Positions 29,390 to 39,285 of a DNA stretch of 64,000 nt are shown here, in pieces. This DNA is from an uncultured Verrucomicrobiae bacterium (lineage in GTDB: Bacteria; Verrucomicrobiota; Verrucomicrobiia; Chthoniobacterales; Terrimicrobiaceae): positions 288,001 through 352,000 of the forward strand of contig CAVPOC010000003.1 of NCBI GenBank assembly GCA_963706955.1, in the 5' to 3' direction. Within the stretch, counting starts at the first letter, position 1, and each line of letters starts with the position of its first letter. Position numbers and translations under genes: made by a program. The notes beneath the pieces were generated by a model that was given only the letters and a program-made list of their open reading frames with translations, did no database searches and was not told the DNA's origin.

Positions 29390-30676
29390 ATGAGTCTTAC
29401 CGCCTCTGTCCCCGTCTCGAAAGAAGCCGAACAGAACTGGCCAGCGTGGTTCCAGGAGCAGCAGGCTTCTGCCTGGTCCGACTACGAGGCCACTCCGGAA
29501 CCGAGCCGCAAGGATGAGGCCTGGCGCTTTTCAAATATCGCTGCGCTGCGGTTGTCCGACTTTGAAGTCGCCGGACCTGTCACGAGCGAGGGACGATTGA
29601 TTAACCAGTCGCAAGGGCTGGCAGACTTTTCTGGGAAGCTGGTTTTTGGCAACAACGCCTTGCTTCACCAAGACGTGGAGAGACTGCCGGCAGGCGTCCT
29701 GTTCAAGTCGCTTGAGGTCGCCGCTCGCGAAGACGAAGAACTCTTTCGCAAGTTTTTCATGGTGCAGCCGGTCGAACTCGGCTCCCACAAATATGCAGCG
29801 CTGCATAAGGCGCGTCTCGGGACGGGCGCGCTGCTCTACGTTCCCAGGAACGTGGAGGTCGCGCTTCCGGTGGAGATCTTTCACTGGGTTGACGGGGAAA
29901 ACAGCTGCATCTTTCCGCATACGCTCGTGGTCTGCGGCGAGAACAGCAAGATCACGGTCATCGATCATTTCAGAAGCGCCGATGGCAAACGCGCGTTCGC
30001 CTGCGGGGTAAATGACCTGCACCTGGAACGTGGCGCACAGTTGAACTACATCGCCGTTCAAGAGTGGGCGACCGAGTCGCTGGCCTTTCACCTCAATTCG
30101 ACGATCGTCGGACGGGATGCCTTCTCCACTGCCCTCAATATCAACTTCGGCGGGAGATTCGTCCGAGGCGAATCCCTAAGTCGTCTGAGCGGCGAAGGAG
30201 CCCGCAGTGTCATGCTGTCACTAAACCCGATGCAGGGAGAACGTCAGATCGATCAACGCACCCTGCAGGACCACGCTGCTCCCTATGCGTCGAGCGATCT
30301 GCTCTACCTCAATTCGCTCGATGACGCTGCGCGAACAATCTTTGCCGGGCTTATCAAGGTCGAGCGCGGCGCGCATAGGACAGATGCTTACCAGAAAGTG
30401 CGCAACTTGATGCTGAGCGATCAGGCCGAAGCCAATTCCATGCCGGGCTTGGAAATTCTTGCCGACGATGTGCGCTGCACGCACGGAGCAACCACCGGCG
30501 AGATTAGTGAGGATGAACTTTTTTACATGCAAGCCCGCGGCATTCGTCCGGCCGATGGACGGCGCCTTATCGTCAATGGATTTTTTCAGTCGCTCCTCGA
30601 ACGATTGGAATCGGACTCGTTACGCGAATACCTTGGCCGTTTAATAAGTGAAAAACTTGGCGTTACGAGCACTTGA
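29390..30676 (+). CDS. sufD: Fe-S assembly protein SufD
   Basis: EAWRFS, PGLEILADDVRCTHGAT and LFYMQARGI; follows sufB. Confidence 0.92.
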   Translation: MSLTASVPVSKEAEQNWPAWFQEQQASAWSDYEATPEPSRKDEAWRFSNIAALRLSDFEVAGPVTSEGRLINQSQGLADFSGKLVFGNNALLHQDVERLPAGVLFKSLEVAAREDEELFRKFFMVQPVELGSHKYAALHKARLGTGALLYVPRNVEVALPVEIFHWVDGENSCIFPHTLVVCGENSKITVIDHFRSADGKRAFACGVNDLHLERGAQLNYIAVQEWATESLAFHLNSTIVGRDAFSTALNINFGGRFVRGESLSRLSGEGARSVMLSLNPMQGERQIDQRTLQDHAAPYASSDLLYLNSLDDAARTIFAGLIKVERGAHRTDAYQKVRNLMLSDQAEANSMPGLEILADDVRCTHGATTGEISEDELFYMQARGIRPADGRRLIVNGFFQSLLERLESDSLREYLGRLISEKLGVTST

Positions 30677-30754
30677 AAAGAGAGTTGTGGGGGTCGTCGC
30701 AAGCGCCGAACGACGCTCTCAGGAGCTCAGCGTCAGGCATCCCTTGTGCAACGA

Positions 30755-30774
30755 TTGGGAAAGCGGTTTCCCAA
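30755..30774. terminator. Hairpin between convergent sufD and yafQ, possible bidirectional terminator
   Basis: TTGGGAAA-GCGG-TTTCCCAA, an 8-bp perfect stem with no adjacent strong U-tract. Confidence 0.4.
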
Positions 30775-30804
30775 CGACGTTAAAAAACCGTCAATGCTCT
30801 AGAC

Positions 30805-31086
30805 TCATCTGAAAAGCTCACTGTGCGATCCGAGCCGTACTAGTAGCAAAACAGAAGCGGATCGCTGGTAGATCAACAGCAAATCGGGTAGAATGTGGCA
30901 TTCTCGATAGCCTTTCCATTTGCCGCTCAAAGGATGGTCGCGATTGCGGTCCGGCAGAGGCCGTTCCGACTCAAGAAGCATCAAGACGTTCTCGAGTAGA
31001 AGGTCGACGTCGAAGCTCTGGGAGGAAGCCGACTTGATCTTGCGATGATCGCGTTTAAATGCGGACGACCATTTAATCGTCCGCAT
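30805..31086 (-). CDS. yafQ: Type II toxin, YafQ/RelE-family mRNA interferase
   Basis: FKRD...RDHPLSGKWKGYRECHILPDLLLIY...RLGSHSELF, the classic YafQ signature. Confidence 0.92.
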   Translation of the reverse strand: MRTIKWSSAFKRDHRKIKSASSQSFDVDLLLENVLMLLESERPLPDRNRDHPLSGKWKGYRECHILPDLLLIYQRSASVLLLVRLGSHSELFR

Positions 31087-31462
31087 TCAACTTGGCAAAG
31101 AACTCCTCGACTGTTGAAGCTCTTTCACCACCACCGCTCTCCAACTCCTCGATAGCGGCAAGTGTTTCCGCGTTCGGACTGTTGTCGCCTTTTCCGCTAC
31201 GGACCAACGCGATCATCTGAATCAATCTCGCGGTCACGTCGTCGTGTGCGGCGATAGATTGCAAGATTTCTGATGGTTCATTGTCCTCCGTCTCTACAGC
31301 CTGGCTTTCAATGCGCTCGATCAAGAGGTGCAATCCGCGCACGGTAAGTCCAACGGCGGCTTCGTGCCGACTCCCGCCGTAGCCGACCACCGCCGGAAGG
31401 TCGGGCATTCTGGCAATCCAGTTTCCGTCCTCCTGCTCTTCAAACTCTGGCTCTATCTTCGT
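31073..31462 (-). CDS. Putative antitoxin: HicB-like N-terminal domain plus DinJ/RelB-like C-terminal tail (apparent ACG start; first ATG at 31408)
   Basis: The frame is open upstream of the called ORF: (T/M)KIEPEFEEQEDGNWIARMPDLPAVVGYGGSRHEA. It ends PNAETLAAIEELESGGG...VEEFFAKLN and overlaps the toxin start by 14 nt. Confidence 0.7.
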   Translation of the reverse strand, partial: TKIEPEFEEQEDGNWIARMPDLPAVVGYGGSRHEAAVGLTVRGLHLLIERIESQAVETEDNEPSEILQSIAAHDDVTARLIQMIALVRSGKGDNSPNAETLAAIEELESGGGERASTVEEFFAKLNADD

Positions 31463-31765
31463 TTTCTCTTGAAGGGCAAAGCAAAGCCGCGCCTGCGATG
31501 GTGCAAGCTCTGCCCCGCTACACGCGCGTTAACCATCACCGAAATCCCGCAAAATCCATAAGAGGCAGAAAGAAGAAATTGCCTAAACTTTCCGTTTTCT
31601 GAATTTGCCCGACCTAATTGTGCGACTGCTTTTGTCAAGCTAGGTCCGGATGACTCAATTCAGCCGTCCGATCAATCGACAACCATTTGGGACTAAGCGC
31701 GATTTGGTATCACGCGCTTGAACGCAAGCGCAAGGTTTCGAATCCATCCGCCGAGGCCCGCGGGG

Positions 31766-32659
31766 TCAGATCGGATATGCCCTCTGCAAACCTTCGCGGA
31801 AACTGATTGGGTCGTAGCCGAGATCGGCGCGGGCTTCACTGTTATCGAGGTTGGCGTCCTGCATGATGCCGGCGATAGCGTTCCAGGTGAGGATCGGCTT
31901 CTTTTGAAAGCGCTCTGCGAAAAGGGCGATTAGTTTGCAGATCGGGATCGGAATAGAAATGAAGGGCTTTTCTTGACCAACGTGCTTGAGCATGAGCTTG
32001 GCCATCTCCCGGATGGGGATGGCTTCGCCGCCGCTGAAGGCGTAGGTTTTCCCGTAGGTCTTCGGATTTCCAGCGATGCCTAAGAAACCTTTCATCAAGT
32101 CATCGCAATGCACCGGCCTTTTGAGCGAGCGACCGGCGCCGATAAAGGGGACAAATGGATACTTCTTCAAGTAGGCCAGAAACATGTTGAACTCCTCGCC
32201 GCCGCTCTCGTTGTAGGCGAGCGTCGGCCGCACAATCGTCCAGTTCATGGCACTTTGCGCCTTGATCAGGCGTTCTGTCTCACGCTTCGAGAGCGAGTAG
32301 GGGGTGGTGTGTGCGTAGGTCACTGACGCCGAGGAAACGAGAATGAAATGCTTCACGCCGGCTTGGATCGACGCGTCGATGATGTTACGGGTTCCCTCGA
32401 CATTGATCTTCTGAAACAGGCTTGGATCGTAGACGATGAGCACGGCGGCCAGGTGGTAAACGGTCTCCACCCCATCAAAGCAACCAACCAGCGTCTCAGG
32501 TTTGGTGATGTCGCCGATGCGGATATCCACATCATATCCATCCAACCGCGAACGAAAACGATCGCTATTGTCCAGGACGCGCACTTTGAAGCCGCGATCT
32601 GCAAGTCCCTTGACGAGGGTAGAACCCATCACGCCGAGGCCGCCAGTAACCAGAATCAT
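31766..32659 (-). CDS. NAD-dependent epimerase/dehydratase (extended/atypical SDR)
   Basis: ILVTGGLGVMG, YHLAA, YSLSK and WTIVRP. Confidence 0.88.
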   Translation of the reverse strand: MILVTGGLGVMGSTLVKGLADRGFKVRVLDNSDRFRSRLDGYDVDIRIGDITKPETLVGCFDGVETVYHLAAVLIVYDPSLFQKINVEGTRNIIDASIQAGVKHFILVSSASVTYAHTTPYSLSKRETERLIKAQSAMNWTIVRPTLAYNESGGEEFNMFLAYLKKYPFVPFIGAGRSLKRPVHCDDLMKGFLGIAGNPKTYGKTYAFSGGEAIPIREMAKLMLKHVGQEKPFISIPIPICKLIALFAERFQKKPILTWNAIAGIMQDANLDNSEARADLGYDPISFREGLQRAYPI

Positions 32660-32764
32660 AACACCGAATGCTTAAGAGGCGCAGATGATGCCAATTGTTG
32701 CGGGCCAGGCAATCCCGATTTCAATGTACGAAACGGCAGAAAGATGGGCGCCGAGGGTTCCCTC

Positions 32765-34674
32765 CTACCACGCCCTCTGTTTATCGATAAAGACCCGGTG
32801 CCACAATTCGAGGATGACGAGGGCCATCACTTGTTTGAGATAGACGAATTCGCGTGTCTCCATTTTTTCCAGCAACCTCTTCACATAGGCGGGGTCGAAG
32901 TAGCCGCGCTTGCGCACCTGAGCTTCGTTGAGAGTCTCAGCGATCAAACGGCGGATTTGCGGGTGCTCGAAGAAGAATTCCATCGGAAGAAAAAACGGGT
33001 TTTTCCTGCGATGTGTCACTTTGCGAGGCAGCAATTTCGCCGCGATTTTCCGCTCGATGATCTTGTCGCGAAGCCCGTTGTTTTTCAGACGCGGAGGGAC
33101 GCGGAAGGCGAACTCGATCAGGTTGTGGTCAAGGAACGGCAGCCGGATCTCCAGCGAGTGGGCCATCGTATTCTTGTCCTGCCGAATGATGCACCAATCC
33201 TGCAGCCATTCGTCCCACTGAATCTTGAGGAGACGGTCGAGAAAAAGGCCGGAACGGTCGCGCAGCGGAGGGATCCAAGCTGTCGGTGGCCAATTGCTTG
33301 AATTCTGGGGTATATGCGGCCGCACGAGCGTCGCGAGGCCACAGCGTCTTAAGGTTCACATAATTTTCGAAGAGGTTGCGCCGACGATAGCCGTCCATGA
33401 AATCAACGATACGGGCTTTTCCCTGGCGGCCAAGCCTGGCAGGGAAGATGAAGAACTTGTTGAGAAAGTCTACGGGTAAGCCGCGCAGAATCGGCATCGC
33501 CAAACGCTCATGCAGGAATCCGGGAACCGTTTGATGGTACCACTCCGCGACTTGAATCACATTCTGGAAGGAGTAACCGGCGAAGATTTCATCAGCTCCT
33601 TCGCCGCTGATGATGACCTTGAGATCGCGCGCCGCGCCCTCCGCCAGTTTATAAAAGGCGATGATCAAGGCGTCGCCGACGGGTCGATCCATGTGCCAGA
33701 CGACCTTTGGCAGCAAATCAAAATCCTGCGGAGCACATTGAATCTCGTGATGGGTCGTTCCGAGCAACCGGGCGGTCTCGGCGGCATCATGGGTCTCGTC
33801 GCCTGGGGAGTCAAAGCCGATCGAGTAGGTGTTGACCTTGTCACTCGACTCGGTCATCAACGCCACGAGCAGTGAGGAATCGACTCCTGCGCTCAGGTAT
33901 CCGCCCACCGGAACGTCGCTGCGCATGGTCAGCCGAACCGCATTCCGCAGCATCGCCTCGGCCTCATCCAACAGGACCGAATCCGAGGGGTACTCGCCTT
34001 GAAAAATCGGAACGTCCCAATAGCGCTGGATTGTAACTGAGCCGTCATTCTTCAAGAGCAAGAAATGGGCCGCCGGCAGGGTAAAGATTCCTTGGAACAT
34101 CGTCCGTGGCTCCGGAACATAGCGGAGCGCGAGATAGGCATCGATCGCTGGAACATTGCAAGCGCGCGGCACCTGTGCGCACTCCAGGATCGCCTTGACC
34201 TCGGATGCGAAAACAAAGCGGCCATTGCTCGAGTGGTAGTAAAACGGCTTCTGACCACACCGATCGCGCGCAAAGAACGTGTCGCCCGTGCGTGAATCAT
34301 GCAGCGCAAAGGCAAACATTCCATTGAACTGCTTGACACATTCCCTTCCCCATTCCTCATACGCATGGACAATGACTTCGGTGTCCGAGCGCGTGCGGAA
34401 GGTGTGACCTCTTTGCACCAACTGATCGTGCAGCTCGATGTAGTTGTAAATCTCGCCGTTGAAACATACCGCCATCGAGCGGTCTTCATTGTAGATCGGC
34501 TGCGATCCTCCCTCGAGATCGATGATCGAGAGTCGCCGCATCCCCATGTAAAAACGATGCGCCTCGTCCTGGTAGGCACCCGCGGCCGTCAGGTCCGCGG
34601 TGGGCCAAGCTATCTCCCATGCGAGAGAGCAGACCTTCCTCCACAAAGCCCGAGAAACCAAATATTCCGCACAT
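32765..34674 (-). pseudogene. asnB: AsnB-family glutamine-dependent amidotransferase with two +1 frameshifts (~34580, ~33277; probably sequencing errors)
   Basis: MCGIFG...HRGPDG / RRLSIID...FNGEIYN...SGEGADE / MAHSLEIRLPFLD spread over three frames. Span is 1910 nt = 3n+2. Confidence 0.88.
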
Positions 34675-34767
34675 CCGAAAGCGATGCGCCTACGCTCTGG
34701 GAGCGCACCCGTCAAACAAATTGACGGACGCGGGCTGGGCGAATAGAGGCTTGCGGATTACCAACAG

Positions 34768-36672
34768 ATGAAGCTCGACAAGCCGTTGATGGTGGCGAGC
34801 GGGAGCAATCTCTTGTCGCGCATCGTGCGCGCGCTGCTCCTGGTCCTCATTGTGGTGATCGCACTAGCGCTTTTGGCCGCGGCAAAGCCTTGGAAGGTCG
34901 GCGTGCCCATGCCCGAGTGGAACCTCAAACAATGCATCCGCGTTTCGCTCTGGTGGGCCGGACTGCTCGCGCTGCCGCTGCTGGGCATTCTCGTGCTGAC
35001 CACCCAATATTGGACAACACCGCTGCGGCAGGTCCGGCATGCTGGTCTCAAGAGCAGAATGCCTCGGCTGTTTTGGCCGATCGTCGCGGTTATTACGATT
35101 CTCTACACTACGACGGCCGCTCCACGCCTGCGGCAGAGCTTATGGGATGATGAGATTTATGCCGTCAGGAAGATCGTGTTGGGAACCGATCGGATTGGGA
35201 GCGACGGTTCAGTGATGATCAAGCAGTTGCCGTGGTGGCGCACACTCTGGCACTGCGAGGGGGCACGGAATCACGGCCTGCAAAGCATCCTCAGTCGGCT
35301 TTCCTTGCGGGTGTATCAAGCGGTCGTTCACCCCAGTGGGCTGCAGTTCAGCGAGACGGCAATTCGCTTGCCAAGTTTCATCGCAGGAGCTTTGTCTATC
35401 CCGGCGCTAGCTCTGCTGGTTGCGCGGCTGGGATTTCCCTGGGCTGGCGCCGTCGCCGCGGCCCTGCTGGCGCTTCATCCATGGCACCTAAAATTAGCCA
35501 CGGAGGCGAGAGGCTATCCCTTCGTCTTTCTGTTTATTCCTTTGCTGGCTCTCTGTATCGCCGAAGCTGCTTCCAACGCGACTTGGAGATGGTTGGCAGC
35601 GTTTGCAGCTCTTGAATTTGGTCTGCTCTATGCCTGGCCGGGCACGTTGTTTACAGTGCTGGTTGCGAATGCAGCGCTGCTCGCGCTGATTCTGCGCTTC
35701 ACGCCAAGCGGTGAGGACCGAAGAAGGGCTGTCTCGCGATGGCTGGCGGCGAACGCATTTGCGGGACTCGCGCTCCTCCCATTGGTGGCGCCATGGATTC
35801 CCCAGGCCATTCAATATATGCCGACCACAATCGGTCTTCCGCTTTTTCAGGGCTGGTTCAAAAACGCCGGCACGTTACTGCTGACGGGAAGTCTGTGGTC
35901 GAAGACGGGACTTCTCGATTCTCCCTACCTGGAACTTCTCCCGTGGGCCGCGCGCCACCCGTTTGAGTTTTGGTGCTTTGTGATCCTGGCTGTGCTCTTC
36001 ATCGGCACCGGTGCGCTGCGCCTGGTTCGCGCGAGCGCAGTCTGCGCATCGATTCTGGCGTTCTTGCTCCTGCCTGGGCTGCTCCTGGTTCTTCTGGCCA
36101 CGGCACGAGGAGTCTATCTCCAAGAGTGGTATCTTTCCTCGATGCTGCCCGGTGTCGTGACGGCGGGCGCCATCGGAATGGTGACCGTGCTGTCAGGGCT
36201 CCAACACCTCCGAGCGACGCGCTGGACCCCGCTTCCGCTTGCCTTGCTCCTCCTCATCGGCTATGCGGCGTTCACTGGCCGGATACGGCATCGTCTGATG
36301 TCTCGCTCGATGGAGCCGTTTCGAGAGTCTGTAGAAATGACCCGCCCGACACTCAACCCCAATGCACCGGAAAACCAACGTGTCATCACGGCCTCGAGCT
36401 TAATGTTTCCACTGATCTACGACCCTTTAGTGCGTAAGGTCCTCAGCGTTGAAGAGTACAAAACTCTCATGCACGATGCAGACGCTCGAAATGTCCCCCT
36501 CTACGTTAACAATGGATTCATTGCCGGAGTGAAGGACCGCTATCCGGAGATCCATGACTTCCTTGCCAACGAGCAATATTTTGAGTGCGTTGCCACACTC
36601 CATGGGACCGAACCCATGTTCGATCGGACCGTTTACCGCTACCGCAGCGGTTCTCTGAGCAGTGCCGACTAA
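34768..36672 (+). CDS. GT-C fold membrane glycosyltransferase (ArnT/PMT-like), paralogue 1
   Basis: Many TM helices; QSLWDDEIY loop motif, RLPS and HPWHL..ATEARGY. Confidence 0.75.
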   Translation: MKLDKPLMVASGSNLLSRIVRALLLVLIVVIALALLAAAKPWKVGVPMPEWNLKQCIRVSLWWAGLLALPLLGILVLTTQYWTTPLRQVRHAGLKSRMPRLFWPIVAVITILYTTTAAPRLRQSLWDDEIYAVRKIVLGTDRIGSDGSVMIKQLPWWRTLWHCEGARNHGLQSILSRLSLRVYQAVVHPSGLQFSETAIRLPSFIAGALSIPALALLVARLGFPWAGAVAAALLALHPWHLKLATEARGYPFVFLFIPLLALCIAEAASNATWRWLAAFAALEFGLLYAWPGTLFTVLVANAALLALILRFTPSGEDRRRAVSRWLAANAFAGLALLPLVAPWIPQAIQYMPTTIGLPLFQGWFKNAGTLLLTGSLWSKTGLLDSPYLELLPWAARHPFEFWCFVILAVLFIGTGALRLVRASAVCASILAFLLLPGLLLVLLATARGVYLQEWYLSSMLPGVVTAGAIGMVTVLSGLQHLRATRWTPLPLALLLLIGYAAFTGRIRHRLMSRSMEPFRESVEMTRPTLNPNAPENQRVITASSLMFPLIYDPLVRKVLSVEEYKTLMHDADARNVPLYVNNGFIAGVKDRYPEIHDFLANEQYFECVATLHGTEPMFDRTVYRYRSGSLSSAD

Positions 36673-36689
36673 AGGGCGTTGAAACTGCC

Positions 36690-38621
36690 GTGCTCTCGCG
36701 AGTCAAAGATCGGGTAAGTGGGTGGTGGAAGGAAGCTACGCCTTCGCGTAAAGCCACTACCGTTCTTCTAGTTCTCGCAGCGATCGGCATCCTCGTATTG
36801 CTAATCGTCCGCAAGCCGTGGCAGTGGAACCTGCCGACGGGCGGCAAGATGCGGATCGTGGATTACGTGCGCATCTATTCCTGGTGGGCCGGAGCGGCCA
36901 ACGTGCTCTTGATCATTGCTCTTGCCGCCACCGCCGGCTGGTGGATGCGATCCTCTGCCGGCGGATTATTCCGCCTCTCGCGGCCGCCGATGCCCAAATG
37001 GTTCCTGCCCTTGACCATCTTGGCGATGGTTGTCTGCGCTCTGTTTGGGTTCCAACGGCTTGGTCAAAGCTTTTGGGACGACGAGGTCTATGCCATGCGC
37101 CGCGCCATCCATGGCCAATGGAGGCGCAATGATGACGGCTCGATCAAGTTTCGACCTGTCAGCTGGCAGGAAACGTTTTGGTTTTTCGACAAACCTCAAC
37201 ACCAACTCCATAGCATCCTCACCCGCCTCGTGTTGGATGTGTGGCGAACAATCGCCAAGCCTGGCGGACTGGGATTTCGCGAGGATGTGGCCCGCATTCC
37301 AAGTTACTTAGCCGGCATCCTCTCAGTCGGAGCGATTGCATTCCTCCTCTGGCGCCTTGGATTTCCGGGAGCTGGGGTTGTCGCGGCCTTCCTCTGCGTC
37401 ATTCACCCATGGCACATTCGCTACGCCAGCGAAATGCGCGCTTATTCCTTCATGTTCCTGCTTGTTCCGCTCGCTTACCTTTTCCTCATTGAGGCGCTGC
37501 ACACGGGAAGATGGGCATGGTGGGGCGCCTTTGCTGGCTCGCTTTTCGCGCTGATGTATTCAAATGCGTTGCATCTCTATCCTGCGGCTGGAGCTGGATT
37601 GTGCGGGCTAGGGGCAATCGTCAGCCGCTGGCGAACGCCTGCGGCGCGCATTCAGTTGGCCCGGTTCGTCGTTGTGATGCTCGCCGCGGCCATGGTTTTT
37701 CTCCAGCTCATGTTGCCCTGCGTTCCCCAATTTGCCGAATACCTGAGAACAAGCGCGGTGCACGGATCATTGGATGGGCGCTGGCTGTCCTCCTACTTGG
37801 GCCTTCTCTTTGCCGGCGTGCCGTGGAGCAGTACCGGCCGCGAGGTATCCCCATATATGGAACTTTATCCACAAGCGGTCAGCTATCCTGTGGCCTTCCA
37901 AGCCCTCGTTACGACAACGCTTGTCTTTCTCGCGCTTGGCACTCGCAGATTGATCCTTACTGGACCTGTTCACCGACTAATCGCTCTTGCGCTTCTGATC
38001 ACGGCCCCGCTGGCCTACGGAATCTCTTGGGCGTGCGGAAATTATCTCTTTGAATGGTATCTTCTTTTTCTCCTCCCCGGAGTGATCGTGCTGACGGCGG
38101 CGGGTTTGGATGACGCGCGCCAAATCCTTGCTCGAAAGTCGCCCAGTTTGGCCTCCTTGATCGTCATCGTCTTCTTCGCTGCCTACATCGCACTGACAAC
38201 GCCGCAGCGAAGATGGCTGCTTGACCGCTCGCTTCAGCAGATCCGGGAGTCCGCTCAAATAACCCGCCCGGTGCTCGATCCGTTCGCCAAGGCGAATCAA
38301 GACATTCTTACTGCAAGTTTTATCGGGCCGCCCGATCCCTATGACGCGAACATCATTGTCTTTCGGTCGGTCCGTGAACTCGCCGAGATCATCGCGCGTG
38401 CAGACGAACAAGGGAAACCGCTCTTTATTAACTTCGGCTTCTTGACAACAGCGCAGATGCGTTTCCGCCCGATCCTCAACCTGATTAACGATCCCGCCTT
38501 CTTTGAGAAGGTCGCAGAACTTCAAGGATTCGATCCGATCAACGATCGGTATGTCTATCGTTACAAACCGCAATCCGCCTTTGAGCGAGACCTCGTCACT
38601 CAATTCGAAAATGGGTCCTGA
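36690..38621 (+). CDS. GT-C fold membrane glycosyltransferase (ArnT/PMT-like), paralogue 2
   Basis: QSFWDDEVY, RIPS and HPWHIRYASEMRAY; collinear with paralogue 1. Start uncertain (GTG 36690). Confidence 0.75.
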   Translation: MLSRVKDRVSGWWKEATPSRKATTVLLVLAAIGILVLLIVRKPWQWNLPTGGKMRIVDYVRIYSWWAGAANVLLIIALAATAGWWMRSSAGGLFRLSRPPMPKWFLPLTILAMVVCALFGFQRLGQSFWDDEVYAMRRAIHGQWRRNDDGSIKFRPVSWQETFWFFDKPQHQLHSILTRLVLDVWRTIAKPGGLGFREDVARIPSYLAGILSVGAIAFLLWRLGFPGAGVVAAFLCVIHPWHIRYASEMRAYSFMFLLVPLAYLFLIEALHTGRWAWWGAFAGSLFALMYSNALHLYPAAGAGLCGLGAIVSRWRTPAARIQLARFVVVMLAAAMVFLQLMLPCVPQFAEYLRTSAVHGSLDGRWLSSYLGLLFAGVPWSSTGREVSPYMELYPQAVSYPVAFQALVTTTLVFLALGTRRLILTGPVHRLIALALLITAPLAYGISWACGNYLFEWYLLFLLPGVIVLTAAGLDDARQILARKSPSLASLIVIVFFAAYIALTTPQRRWLLDRSLQQIRESAQITRPVLDPFAKANQDILTASFIGPPDPYDANIIVFRSVRELAEIIARADEQGKPLFINFGFLTTAQMRFRPILNLINDPAFFEKVAELQGFDPINDRYVYRYKPQSAFERDLVTQFENGS

Positions 38622-38715
38622 TCCGGCTTTTCCAAAAGAAAGGCTTTGATCGATGCAGCCAGCCACCGCGGCTTTGCACTCGACTCATCGAGCCAAAGAT
38701 CTACGGTGAGCGCGG

Positions 38716-39234
38716 ATGAAGATATCGGTGATTAAGTTTTTGATCATTCTTGTGACGCTATCCACCTCTGCAGAAGCGCAACTCTACGATGTCCAAATCT
38801 CGGCCACACGGAAGAAGATCGACCAGCAGAAAAGCCGTAAGGGAGAGCATGCCACCGTTACAACCAAGGAAATGGCTTACACCATTACGGTAGAAAACCG
38901 TTCGTTTAAGACCTTCGAGGAACTAAACGTAAAGTACATGATTTTTTATGCCGATGCCCAGCCTGGAAAAAGCGAGAAGCCCATCGAGGCGCATCAAAAG
39001 GGAAGCGAAACGCTAAGAAATCTTTCAACTCACCGAACGGCACAATTCGAGACAGCGCCCATCAAATTGGAGAAGGAAGAACTCGATGGCGGCTGGTACT
39101 ACACAGGCGGCGGTGACGGCCGGACGAGGGATCGCGTGACTGGCGTGTGGATACGCGCCTATTCTGATGGCAACCTCGTTGGAGAGTATGCGAACCCAAC
39201 GACAGTTGCAAAAACCCGGGAGTGGCAGGATTAG
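38716..39234 (+). CDS. Exported hypothetical protein (beta-rich)
   Basis: Signal peptide MKISVIKFLIILVTLSTSAEA; no family recognised. Confidence 0.7.
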   Translation: MKISVIKFLIILVTLSTSAEAQLYDVQISATRKKIDQQKSRKGEHATVTTKEMAYTITVENRSFKTFEELNVKYMIFYADAQPGKSEKPIEAHQKGSETLRNLSTHRTAQFETAPIKLEKEELDGGWYYTGGGDGRTRDRVTGVWIRAYSDGNLVGEYANPTTVAKTREWQD

Positions 39235-39285
39235 CGGCCGCCTGAGGTTCTCGAGCCGCGATGCGGTCAGCGCACCAACCGGGTG

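Noticed and set aside
30755..30774. LacI-family operator-like palindrome GGAAAGCGGTTTCC
   Set aside because: It lies between convergent 3' ends with no promoter to regulate; a terminator hairpin is the simpler reading.
30677..31765. TA module as part of a mobile element or prophage
   Set aside because: No integrase, transposase, att-like direct repeats or phage genes seen around it.
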